A DNA stretch of 64,000 bases from an uncultured Mycoplasmatota bacterium (GTDB taxonomy: Bacteria; Bacillota_I; Bacilli_A; RF39; UBA660): NCBI GenBank assembly GCA_946402735.1, contig CAMIXH010000003.1:65472-129471 (forward strand). Reading direction: 5' to 3'. Positions within the stretch are counted from its first letter, which is position 1, and every line of letters starts with the position of its first letter. Under the pieces are notes generated by a model. It searched no databases. It worked only from the letters and a program-made list of their open reading frames with translations, and had not been told where the DNA came from. Shown here one piece after another: positions 48,001-56,958 of the stretch. The position numbers and the translations under genes are program-made.

Positions 48001-48697
48001 TTTTATAATATCTTTCGCATGTATATGTAGGACAGTTTAATGTATATTCTGCTACACAAGTACCATCATCACCAAAGCTTTCTCTAGCTGTTGTGATAAC
48101 ATCATCTGTAGCACCTATTTTACTATAAGAATATTCTTTACTATATGTACAAGTTGTTCCTCTATCAACATGTCCTGTTGGAGTATAACCATTTGGGCAT
48201 TCATAATATACAACTGTTCTACTATTACTTCCACCACATGTTTCAGTATCTGCATCCCATGTACAGCCTCCAGTACATTCTGATTCACTCTTATCTGGAC
48301 AAGTATTAGTTGTATCATATGAATGATAACTTGCAGTTGTTGTCTTTGTACATGTTACTTTTGCTGATACGTATCTATCAGGATCACTACATCTTGGTAC
48401 TTCTAGATGCATTATATCTTTGCCATCGTAGCTTTCAACAGTAATTCTTTCTGTTTCATAACCACTATCAAATGCGTCATCATATGTTGAGTAAGTTCCA
48501 CCTTCAACTTTATAATTTCCTGTCTTAGTCCATTTACATACTGGTAATAATACATCGAAACCAGCAGGTGTAATTCCTGTTTCAGTAATTGTTACTTCTT
48601 CATCATCAGGATTACAAACTAATGATGCATTAACAGTAGTTGTAAATAAAGCTACTAAGAATAAAGCAATAAATAATTTAAAGACATTCTTTTTCAT
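45044..48697 (-). CDS. giant secreted cysteine-rich protein, paralog 2 (function unknown; putative adhesin)
   Basis: I place the start at the ATG at 48697 (MKKNVFKLFIALFLVALFTTTVNA signal peptide, GAGAGGAA RBS, 1 nt after the upstream stop). The track extends to 48760. About 43 Cys by hand count. Collinear with 49448..53392. Confidence 0.7.
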   Translation of the reverse strand: MKKNVFKLFIALFLVALFTTTVNASLVCNPDDEEVTITETGITPAGFDVLLPVCKWTKTGNYKVEGGTYSTYDDAFDSGYETERITVESYDGKDIMHLEVPRCSDPDRYVSAKVTCTKTTTASYHSYDTTNTCPDKSESECTGGCTWDADTETCGGSNSRTVVYYECPNGYTPTGHVDRGTTCTYSKEYSYSKIGATDDVITTARESFGDDGTCVAEYTLNCPTYTCERYYKNIEACTPDFEIDGQPAYCVNPSQKFNGGVGNYQYDDSFNVYDCASSYSTVDCGYANILIEGAYYNTSDDAINTALRLWSIHSGQAGDERTGIANVSGSDCKTITYYTTDENDEYVNVYKHTHDYIMYVAKEKFYDVAKTYAHIPPEENGNTMGVLNGSTFEKIACLTTEELRNQNSAKVKTMRGVMCGDDSDYLVGFELFFNTVIGNEYMKNHLSRLFGGGDGSKPTGATLQSEFSMEEATAQTVTESWIEVSFEHESFWNEIHDEQVGCTDSELGALRTKLINEGKTASEADAVIAQIKPYCKVKVQVVDEDGNILVTEKEMEKCIKGSGCRTEKFNFAICDITESAGKDIEIKVTYERTRSSYSVRKYYSCANANINQTLFAFFKDETETEEGHEEGEPVEVDRQETETTFSVTNYKCAGGCDDTSLRTEGDDKCVNDQNNYNGVYSATVKDPSLKCILNLNESAAKTRYDYSSYFGVNTNFCRVYCSDEVEYTLADKVKAISGKTFMYDIEFPAKKTNKLDYKLTSIVAEKRNCVSEIYYTHLGNLEELKTAYGLTSEEYTELKKTKTFDGLFNILKTKASGENERNDNLNQIIYDIYNCNFYTTEQIKNAGVDIPRNYTTSLMKKVKEVYSSNNAYGLGTDKEGNKTTSSNADTIKYGFGALIKDVTGTNNRVNNISAASKFTGKLSGISYCKDKTGELCYGYDPNNDALSYNYPANKPAAKKTYTLFRGKNIDVPTNDYARFTVTAEINYYNNDKFQADMGTGKVVRGTGNANLLTLASFSYPVDKDAYNLDACRTSLSGGLYHRCTVTQTIKPLMFYRNDTTQKLTINDDNTFKCYVDVQKPNCDDPTKTSCEDKSAALYRNVDPANLFPSGNTKEGSNWNTANGQKAKEAIENSASDLKTDEKYLDASITLDPTQIRNIKEYNNSNGGYSDELIYNCEKDPVDGIYYNCNSYFLDVLRGNASQYRSGQYGNVNTDNMN

Positions 48698-48698
48698 A

Positions 48699-49355
48699 TT
48701 ATCTATTCCTCTCTTCTTTTTTAACTTGTCTAATTTTCCTAATGTATATAATTCCAACAATTAAGATAGGTAATACTATAAATAAACCATAACTGATGAT
48801 AGTTGATATTACATCGCTAACAGTAGAACCTTTTTCTTTAATATATTTGCTGATTTCTTTATTAAATTGTTCTTCAGTCATATCTTTTGTTGAATTAGTA
48901 AAAGTCTTACATAATTCTAAATCGCTATTACCTACACATCTTGCATCTTTTACTTTTCTATTAAATCTAGGAACAGTATATGATAACTTCTTAAGTAATT
49001 GTCCATCACATTTACTTTCCTTATTTCCATATACTTCAATTGTATATGTCTCCTCTTCTAAATTAGTAAAAGCTCCAACGCCATATAGATTAACATCTTT
49101 AAAGAATTGTCCATTTGCTTTGTTTCCTTTAGAATCAGCAACTACAATTCTAACATCCTCTCTATATGGAGTAATTGATAAGAAATAAGCATATTTAGAT
49201 ATGTCACTATTCATTACAGTGTTTTCTGTAAACTTAGCTTCTACCTTAGTAGCCCATTCATTTAAATCCTCGTCATTACACTCAGCATTAACGTAATTAA
49301 CGGCGATTAAACTAGCTACTATGAATCCCATCATAATTCTAATAATTTTTTTCAT
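48699..49355 (-). CDS. exported Cys-containing protein with C-terminal TM anchor (paralog of 42073..42714)
   Basis: Signal peptide and a C-terminal TM plus RKIRQVKKEERNR tail. Its stop lies 1 nt before the giant gene 2 start. Confidence 0.5.
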   Translation of the reverse strand: MKKIIRIMMGFIVASLIAVNYVNAECNDEDLNEWATKVEAKFTENTVMNSDISKYAYFLSITPYREDVRIVVADSKGNKANGQFFKDVNLYGVGAFTNLEEETYTIEVYGNKESKCDGQLLKKLSYTVPRFNRKVKDARCVGNSDLELCKTFTNSTKDMTEEQFNKEISKYIKEKGSTVSDVISTIISYGLFIVLPILIVGIIYIRKIRQVKKEERNR

Positions 49356-49410
49356 TTACTCACCTACTATCTAATCAATATTTTATCAAAAAAATATTGA
49401 TTATTCAACA

Positions 49411-49440
49411 ATAAAAGAGAAGATTAAGTAATCTTCTCTC
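49411..49440 (-). terminator. terminator after giant gene 1
   Basis: Arms gagaagatt (49417-49425) and aatcttctc (49430-49438), loop aagt, with a U-tract on the minus strand. Confidence 0.65.
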
Positions 49441-49447
49441 TATTTTT

Positions 49448-52400
49448 TTAATTTTTACCATTATGTTTTTGATCTATTGTTCCATATTCTCCATTTGTTC
49501 TTAATTCTTCCATAAATGGACTTATACAATTTCGGTATGTATCCCCTGAAATCTGGCAGTTAAACACGGCCTCATTAACATATGTATTATTGTTGTTATA
49601 ACTTTTGATATTCTCAATCTGTACTGGATTTAATGTAATACTATATTGAAGATATTCCTCTGTTGTCCTTATAGTACTAGCAGATTGAGTTATATTTAGC
49701 GTTGCTTTTTTACCATTTTCTGTGCCCCAGTTACTATTCGTTTTCGTTGTATATCCATCTGTAGAAGATGGGAACATATTAGCTATATCAACATTTCTAT
49801 AAGTTGTTCCAATTCTACATATTTGTTTTGATGGATCACATTCAGGTGATGGAATTTCAACATCAACATAACAGCTATGATTCTTATGATTATTAACAGT
49901 CGTATAGAATGAATCATTACTATTTTTTCTAAAGTATGTTTCAATTCTATTATAGCTATGTGTAATATTACATCTTCTATAATTAATTCCTTTTAAGAAA
50001 TCTCTATCTGAGCATACTCCTGAATTATATGCATTACGATCAACAGTATATGCATATGCATCAAGTAATAAGTAATTTTTACCTCTTTCACTACCAGCTG
50101 TTATAACTTTACCATCTGGTTTAACTTGATATCTAGAACTGTTATAGAATGATATATCTGTTTGAACAGTAAACATTACATAATCATTTATTGGTATATC
50201 TACTTTATCGCTTGAGAATACTTGACCACTTATACGAGTATTATCACCAAACGTTTCTTTAACATCTAATGTTTCTGTTGAACTAGTTTTATTAGTTGGA
50301 TAATTATATTCATTTTCTGGATGATCTAAATCGTAATAGAAGCAATCCTCTCCAGAACAATATATTAAATCACTAAGTGTATTTTTTGAACTAACAACAG
50401 ATTTCATTACAGCTGTTTTTCCTGCAGTTGGAGCTCCAAAATCATATTGAATATTATTCATACTAACACATTCTCTATCTCTTTCGGCATCACTAGCTCC
50501 AAATTTACAATTAGTATCTGTTCCAATACCATAATTATTACTCTTTTGGAATTTCTTAATAATTGTTTCTTTTATATTTTTAGCTTTATAATCTTTAGGT
50601 TTAACAACTCCAGCATCTTTTATTTCTTTTTCTGTATATAAATTACAATTGAATAAATCATATAGAATTCTATTGATGTTTTCTGTTCTTCCACCTTCGT
50701 TTTGAGCTTTTTTAACTAAAACTTCAAATAATGTTTTCCAACTATCAATACCTTCTATTTCTTCATCTGTTATACCATCAGAAGTTCCACGTGTAGTCTT
50801 ACCTAAATTATATATGCCTTTCCAATCAACACTATCAGAGAATTTATTTACATCATAGTATATTTCTGAAACACAGTTTCTCTTTTCTTCTACTATATTT
50901 GTAAATAAATATCTAATGTTTTTATCGTTTCTTACTGATCTTTCAATATCATAATAGAATCTCTTACCAGAAGTTTCTTTTATCTTATCGGCCATATGGA
51001 ATACTACTTCATCACTACAATAAATTCTACAGAATCTATTTCCGACTTCAAACTCATCACTATAATTGTATGAGTTCTTATAAGCAGCACTTCCCATATT
51101 TAAAATACATTTTAATGATGGATCTTTAAATGATGAATCATAAGTTCTATTATAATTGCTTGCGTTGTCATCACAATTATCTTTAGAATCTTCTCTTATT
51201 GAATAATCATCACAGAAACCAGCACATTTATAGTTACGTATTTCAAATGTCTCTGAATATGGTTCTCTTTCCTCTGTTGGATCAGTACTTGGATGAGTTT
51301 CTGTATCTGTCAAATCCGCATCAAATCCAAATAATATTTGATTATTTAATGGGTTAGAACATGATACGTATTTTGTAACACTTTTACTACTTGGTGATTT
51401 TTCATAAGTTACAACAATTTTAATTGGTGTTGTAATACTTTCATCTAAATCACAAATAGCAAAGTTTTCTAATTTTCTTCTACAATAGTTTTTAATACAA
51501 TAATCAGGATATGCAGGTCCATAACCTGGTAGTTCTCTGCCTCTTCCATCAACTAATGATATTTCAACTCTACAGAATGGTTCGATTTGTTCCTTTTGTT
51601 CTGCTGTTATTTTACCAGAACTTACCATTTCATCTAATTTTGTACAATCTATTTTAAGATTTGAGTTATGAGTTACTTCTCTTAATTCTTCAAAAGTAAC
51701 TTGAACATATTGTGTTCCATCTTCCGAAGTCATTAATTCTGCTGTTTCTACTTCTTCACTTATTTCCCCATCAAATAAATCTCTTAAGTGTTCTTGCATT
51801 TTATTGTTTCCAAGAACTGTATTAGCAAGTAAAGCAAGAGCTACTTTGTATTCTTGATCTCCTGTTCCACAGGCTACACCTAATTTATTTTTATCACATG
51901 TTATTTCAAATACACTCAAATCTCCTGTAGGAATTATTTCATCTTTATATCTAACTTTATCTAATATTACTTTTGCAAATTCCTTATATGTTTCTACATA
52001 AGGATTAATTAAGTCTCCTGAATATCCATTAGATAACATAAAGTAAGTTGCAGTTCCACAATTAGTACCTGTTCTATTTGATATACCAATTGTATCAAAA
52101 CCAGCTTGTTGTGTATGAACACCCCAAAGTCTCATTGCAAATTCTATTGTTTTGTCAGGGATTTCATATTTTGCTCCCTCAATTAATATATTTGCATATC
52201 CACAATCTACAGTACTATAACTTGTTTCACAATTTTTAACACTAAAATCAGAGTCCGGAATATACTCAGCAGTTGTTGAATATCCTGAAGAGAACTCTTG
52301 TCCAGGGTTAACACAGTAAACTGTTCCTCCTGTTGGAGTTTGAAACACTGGAGTACATAACTCGACTTCTTTATCTTCTTTTGTACAAGTATAAACTGGG

Positions 52401-53392
52401 CAATAGAATGCATAAGCTATATCGCTTGCATTACAAGTACATGAAGATACTGAATTAGCTGTTTTACATTCTGAAATAGCAGTAGAAACATTTACTTGTC
52501 TACTTGTATGTTCAGCATCCCCTTCTTTTTTATCTTCATAAGTCCATGTTTCTTCTTTTTCACACCATTGATCATCTTTATTTGAAGCTTTGTTGAAAGT
52601 CCAACCAGTATCGCAACTGATTGTATCTGGATCACTTACGGTTTTAGTTTTTATGCATGCAATCTCGTTTGCACTAAGACCACTTCGATCTACTTTTTTG
52701 TCGCATGTAGAACATCCGCCTCCGCCGCCATCATCTACAACCATAGCTTCCATATTTGAAACTTTTGGATTTATAATTAATTCATTATCGAAAATTTCAG
52801 GTTTAATATCTAAGAAAGATTTGCTTGCTTCCCTTACAATTTCAGGTCTTGGATTTGGTCTAACTGGGCTAATAACAGTATTGCCTCCGCCGCCACTTGG
52901 AGGTGAATCATCGTCTCCTTCTTCCAATTTTTTAACACAATCTTGATCTACATATTCTTCAGTATGTGAATGTGGAGTATATGTTGGACGAACCCTAGCA
53001 GTATAAGTACATGGTAAAATTCCTTTAACATACGATTTTGGATCTGAACATATTGGTAGTGAAACTGTAATAACTCCTTTGTTATCAGCTCTTTTTATTG
53101 TATACCAATCATGATAATCACCAATACCAGTAACCCAAGTATAGTCACTCCAGTCTTGCCTTCCTCCTTGAGGAACACCTACACCAGAACCAATACTAAC
53201 TTGTTGGAATCCTGAGATTGTGAATGTACCACAAACAGGCATAGTAGCAGTAATATGAGTTGGACCAAACATAGTTGTCTCAGTCATAAGAACTTTTTCT
53301 TCTGAACAAGTTAGTTCATCCGCTACTATCTTATTTGTATATATAAAAATCAAAAAAACTAATAATACTAATTTTGCAATTGTTTTTTTCAT
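49448..53392 (-). CDS. giant secreted cysteine-rich protein, paralog 1 (function unknown; putative adhesin)
   Basis: Start placed at the ATG at 53392 (MKKTIAKLVLLVFLIFIYTNKIVA signal peptide, GAGGAA RBS). The track extends to 53419. Blocks shared with paralog 2: SYSTVDCGYANILIEGA, KDPSLKCILN, FCR(I/V)YCSDEV, EKRNCVSEIYY. Confidence 0.7.
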   Translation of the reverse strand: MKKTIAKLVLLVFLIFIYTNKIVADELTCSEEKVLMTETTMFGPTHITATMPVCGTFTISGFQQVSIGSGVGVPQGGRQDWSDYTWVTGIGDYHDWYTIKRADNKGVITVSLPICSDPKSYVKGILPCTYTARVRPTYTPHSHTEEYVDQDCVKKLEEGDDDSPPSGGGGNTVISPVRPNPRPEIVREASKSFLDIKPEIFDNELIINPKVSNMEAMVVDDGGGGGCSTCDKKVDRSGLSANEIACIKTKTVSDPDTISCDTGWTFNKASNKDDQWCEKEETWTYEDKKEGDAEHTSRQVNVSTAISECKTANSVSSCTCNASDIAYAFYCPVYTCTKEDKEVELCTPVFQTPTGGTVYCVNPGQEFSSGYSTTAEYIPDSDFSVKNCETSYSTVDCGYANILIEGAKYEIPDKTIEFAMRLWGVHTQQAGFDTIGISNRTGTNCGTATYFMLSNGYSGDLINPYVETYKEFAKVILDKVRYKDEIIPTGDLSVFEITCDKNKLGVACGTGDQEYKVALALLANTVLGNNKMQEHLRDLFDGEISEEVETAELMTSEDGTQYVQVTFEELREVTHNSNLKIDCTKLDEMVSSGKITAEQKEQIEPFCRVEISLVDGRGRELPGYGPAYPDYCIKNYCRRKLENFAICDLDESITTPIKIVVTYEKSPSSKSVTKYVSCSNPLNNQILFGFDADLTDTETHPSTDPTEEREPYSETFEIRNYKCAGFCDDYSIREDSKDNCDDNASNYNRTYDSSFKDPSLKCILNMGSAAYKNSYNYSDEFEVGNRFCRIYCSDEVVFHMADKIKETSGKRFYYDIERSVRNDKNIRYLFTNIVEEKRNCVSEIYYDVNKFSDSVDWKGIYNLGKTTRGTSDGITDEEIEGIDSWKTLFEVLVKKAQNEGGRTENINRILYDLFNCNLYTEKEIKDAGVVKPKDYKAKNIKETIIKKFQKSNNYGIGTDTNCKFGASDAERDRECVSMNNIQYDFGAPTAGKTAVMKSVVSSKNTLSDLIYCSGEDCFYYDLDHPENEYNYPTNKTSSTETLDVKETFGDNTRISGQVFSSDKVDIPINDYVMFTVQTDISFYNSSRYQVKPDGKVITAGSERGKNYLLLDAYAYTVDRNAYNSGVCSDRDFLKGINYRRCNITHSYNRIETYFRKNSNDSFYTTVNNHKNHSCYVDVEIPSPECDPSKQICRIGTTYRNVDIANMFPSSTDGYTTKTNSNWGTENGKKATLNITQSASTIRTTEEYLQYSITLNPVQIENIKSYNNNNTYVNEAVFNCQISGDTYRNCISPFMEELRTNGEYGTIDQKHNGKN

Positions 53393-53498
53393 ATATTTCC
53401 TCACATTATACAAAATCATTTTATCAAAAATCTATAAAAATATCTACATTTATAGATAAAAAGTTTTAATTATTATATAATTAGTTAGAGGTATAATT

Positions 53499-54074
53499 AT
53501 GCATAAAATATTTAATAGAGAGATAAAATACATTAAAAATGAAAGAATAAAAAATAGTTTAATAACTATGTTAGATAAACTACCATCATACTTTTATGAA
53601 GTTCCAGCTAGTAGTACTGGTAAGTATCATCCAGAGTTTTCTCTAGGTAAAGGTGGATTAGTTAGACATACTAAAGCAGCTGTAAGAATAGCAATAGAAT
53701 TATTTATGGATGAATCATTAAATAATTTTACTGATGATGAAAAGGACTTAATAATAATGGCATTAACTCTACATGATGGTCTTAAAAGTGGACTAGTTAA
53801 AAGTGAATATACTGCATTTGAGCATCCAATATTAGTTGCTGATTATATTAGAGATAATAAAAAAGATTTAGAATTAACAGATGAAGAAATAAACTTTGTT
53901 TGTGATGCTATTATTACTCATATGGGACCATGGACAAAGAATTACAAAGGAGAAGAAGTATTATCTCCTCCAGAAACTAAATATCAAAGATTTGTTCATA
54001 TGTGTGATTATTTAGCCAGTAGAAAATTCTTAGATATAAAGTTTGATAAAAATGACAATATAAAAGATGAATAA
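53499..54074 (+). CDS. HD-domain phosphohydrolase
   Basis: SSTGKYHPEFSLGKGGLVRHT and ALTLHDGLKSG give the H...HD pattern, similar to the YhaM-type HD region. Confidence 0.65.
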   Translation: MHKIFNREIKYIKNERIKNSLITMLDKLPSYFYEVPASSTGKYHPEFSLGKGGLVRHTKAAVRIAIELFMDESLNNFTDDEKDLIIMALTLHDGLKSGLVKSEYTAFEHPILVADYIRDNKKDLELTDEEINFVCDAIITHMGPWTKNYKGEEVLSPPETKYQRFVHMCDYLASRKFLDIKFDKNDNIKDE

Positions 54075-54101
54075 TTAAAAATATTCATCTTCTTTTTTTT
54101 C
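54064..54101 (+). terminator. rho-independent terminator of the HD gene
   Basis: Arms aagatgaata (54064-54073) and tattcatctt (54082-54091), followed by cTTTTTTTT. Confidence 0.7.
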
Positions 54102-54263
54102 TGGATCTTTTACTTCAGCATTTCCTTTTAAAGTATTAAATTCATCATTATCTTTAAATAACTCATTTGCCTTTTTAGATTCACAAAAGCTTTTAATATA
54201 TTGTTTATATGATGATTTATCTTCTTTCATTTCATCAATTTTCTTTTTTAAATCTTCTTTCAT
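54075..54263 (-). CDS. small K/E-rich hypothetical protein
   Basis: 62-aa ORF starting 10 nt after the upstream stop, with a GGTGA RBS. Its 3' end overlaps the plus-strand terminator. Confidence 0.35.
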   Translation of the reverse strand: MKEDLKKKIDEMKEDKSSYKQYIKSFCESKKANELFKDNDEFNTLKGNAEVKDPEKKEDEYF

Positions 54264-54273
54264 ATTTCACCTA

Positions 54274-56862
54274 TTAACTTTGTATTTCTACAATCTTTAG
54301 ATTATTATCTCTTGCTATTTCTAATAAATCCGAAGTTAGTTTACTAGTTACTATAATATAAGAAGCTTCCATCTTTTTATCATTATAACTATCACTATTA
54401 ACTTTTACTATAATTTTATCATCTTCACTTGTGAATCTAATACTTCTTCCTTCGACTAATGTATTATACGCATAAACATTTTTAGTTAATTGACTAACAT
54501 TTAAGCATTCAAAATTGCTGCCATCATCATTAGTTGAGCATAATACTCTAAAGTCTTGATTAACTACAGTATATACTTCTACACCTTCACGTTCATTCTT
54601 AATAACTATATCAGGTCTAGAATTATAAAGAGCTTCTATTTCTCCTATTGAAACAATTTCATTGTTAATTAAATCAACTCTATATTTCTTTAGTTTATTA
54701 AATAATTCCATTGTTCCTAGTATATTTCTTTTAACTTTGTTCTTAATAACATTTTCAATAAAAGTAATTAATAAATCAAAATCATTTATTGAGAATAATA
54801 ACTTAGTCATTGAGAATAATTCAACTTCATCATTAGTAAATACTTTTTTGCCATCTATTTCTAATGTTTTTAAAGCATCTATTTCATATATATCACATAC
54901 TTGTTTAACAGTATCTGTTTCTAACCATCCTACATCACCTTTTTCATCATAAGACTTATTAAATAAGTAATGACATAGTATATTTTTATATATTTTCTCA
55001 TCTTTAATATTTGTTAATTCATTAACAACCTTTTTAATAGAAATAATATCATAATCACTTAATTGATCTTTCTTTTCTATCTTATATGGATTAAAGAATG
55101 TTGCTAATAATAATGCTAAGTTCTCTAATTCTTCTCTATTTAATTCTTTATCTTGTATATCAGTTATTATTCCTTTATAGTAATTAAAGTTTTCAATTAT
55201 TCTATATAATGTTTCTTTATTCTCTCCATAGATATGTATTACTATTTCATAATATAATTTAAATAACTCATATATTTTATCTGATTTAACAATTAACAAT
55301 AGATTAGATATATTAACAAAATTATATTTAGAAAAATCATCTAATAATTCTTTACTAATAAATGATAATTTTGGATCAAATAATTCTAATGAACTTAGAT
55401 TATATATTTCTTTATTATTATTAACTGTTGTATTATATGCAGTTGATAATATTTCATTTAATAATTTAACACATAGTTTCTTTGAAGTATCAGTTGCATT
55501 GTTTTTATACATTAAACATGTACCAATATATATTGATATTTTTTCAAAATTATTCTTTTCAATTATACTTTTATTAAATAGAATCTTCAATAATTCTAAA
55601 ATACATCTATAATCTCTAGCAAAATTATAATCTTCTAAGTTTTCTAAGTATTCATTATATATTTTATTTATTATTTTATAATATTTAGCATATATATCAT
55701 TTCCATAGTATGCTTTAAATACATTTAAACATCTAAGGTTAGAATCTATAATTATTCTTTCTTTTTCTTCTTTTGAAACAGTATCTATATATAATGGTGC
55801 TACATATGGAAGTATATAATTAGCATCTACCATTATTAAAGTAACTATTTGATCTATTGATAATTTTTGTATCTTACGCATTAAAGTTTTAGTATATTGA
55901 TAGCTTATATCATTGCTCTTAGGATGAAATCTATATAATTTACCCTTAGCATTTAATACACATTTATTAACTAAAACATTAACTATTTCTTTATTACTTT
56001 TACTTTGAATACTATCAAGTAATTCACATATCATTTCTTGAGTATCTTCATTCTTTCTATTTGATAATGATAAATTAACATTCTTTATTAATGAAAAATC
56101 ATATTTTAATAAACTTATAATAGTAGGCGTTTCTAAATAATTCATTATATATGGACGTCTCTTGACATACTCTCTTTGGATATCCATATCAGATTGTTTA
56201 AGTAAATTAATGTCTTCTTCTATTTTTTCTAATTGTGAATTTATATATTTTTCTCTAGCTTCTCCATTTAAATACATAACAAACTTTTCATCTTCAGCTT
56301 TTTCTTTTTGAATGTTTTGAGAAGCATACTTAATAAACACTGGGTTAACATCAATTATATATTCCCATTGTCTATCTATAAACTTATCTTTAGCTGCCTC
56401 AATAATAGCTTCAGTTTGTTTTAAATCATATTCACTAAGAACTTTAACTACTGTTCTTAAGTCATTCATGAATAGTAAAGGTAAATCCTTAGGTTGTTTA
56501 AAGTATAATTTTATATATTCTTTTTGTTCTTCTTCAGTTAAACCAACGTTAGCAGCATTCATAAAGAACTTATTGCCACTAATCCAAGAACTAACTAAGC
56601 CTCTTTTGGCTTCATCACTACCCTGTTTAAACATTTGAAGATTGCTATTGATTCTTGATTTTTGGAAATCAACAGGCATTATTCTTATTAAAGAAGGGTA
56701 GTTAAAAAATAGGTAGCTTAAAACTATCTCATTATTTTCGAATTCTTTATTGTCTAAATAAGCTTGTTCAACCTCTTTTTCACTCTTGTTTTTTAGAGTT
56801 TTAATAAAGTTGTTAGCTTTTCTTGCTATTTGTCTACTTTGAAATTGCTTAAATAGTGACAT
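54274..56862 (-). CDS. large (862 aa) predicted cytoplasmic helical protein, no recognisable domain
   Basis: Long uninterrupted ORF with no signal peptide or TM and no motif I recognise. Confidence 0.6.
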   Translation of the reverse strand: MSLFKQFQSRQIARKANNFIKTLKNKSEKEVEQAYLDNKEFENNEIVLSYLFFNYPSLIRIMPVDFQKSRINSNLQMFKQGSDEAKRGLVSSWISGNKFFMNAANVGLTEEEQKEYIKLYFKQPKDLPLLFMNDLRTVVKVLSEYDLKQTEAIIEAAKDKFIDRQWEYIIDVNPVFIKYASQNIQKEKAEDEKFVMYLNGEAREKYINSQLEKIEEDINLLKQSDMDIQREYVKRRPYIMNYLETPTIISLLKYDFSLIKNVNLSLSNRKNEDTQEMICELLDSIQSKSNKEIVNVLVNKCVLNAKGKLYRFHPKSNDISYQYTKTLMRKIQKLSIDQIVTLIMVDANYILPYVAPLYIDTVSKEEKERIIIDSNLRCLNVFKAYYGNDIYAKYYKIINKIYNEYLENLEDYNFARDYRCILELLKILFNKSIIEKNNFEKISIYIGTCLMYKNNATDTSKKLCVKLLNEILSTAYNTTVNNNKEIYNLSSLELFDPKLSFISKELLDDFSKYNFVNISNLLLIVKSDKIYELFKLYYEIVIHIYGENKETLYRIIENFNYYKGIITDIQDKELNREELENLALLLATFFNPYKIEKKDQLSDYDIISIKKVVNELTNIKDEKIYKNILCHYLFNKSYDEKGDVGWLETDTVKQVCDIYEIDALKTLEIDGKKVFTNDEVELFSMTKLLFSINDFDLLITFIENVIKNKVKRNILGTMELFNKLKKYRVDLINNEIVSIGEIEALYNSRPDIVIKNEREGVEVYTVVNQDFRVLCSTNDDGSNFECLNVSQLTKNVYAYNTLVEGRSIRFTSEDDKIIVKVNSDSYNDKKMEASYIIVTSKLTSDLLEIARDNNLKIVEIQS

Positions 56863-56958
56863 AATCCAACCTCTTCTATTCCATTCTATAGTTTATTATA
56901 ACATAATAAAAAATGAAAAAAAAGACGAATAAATAAAAACAAATAAGTTATTTCTAAC

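Noticed and set aside
48698-48760. N-terminal extension of giant protein 2 (MLELYTLGKLDKLKKKRGIDN) and the analogous extension 53393..53419 of giant protein 1.
   Set aside because: The extensions overlap the upstream gene or the RBS region. The internal ATGs give textbook signal peptides preceded by GAGG-type RBSs.
53381-53392. The A7 tract immediately after the start codon of giant gene 1 (also at 44941-44956) as a phase-variation switch.
   Set aside because: MKK(K) N-termini encoded by AAA AAA runs are common in this AT-rich window, for example at 23041, 25319 and 38586. There is nothing specific about this one.
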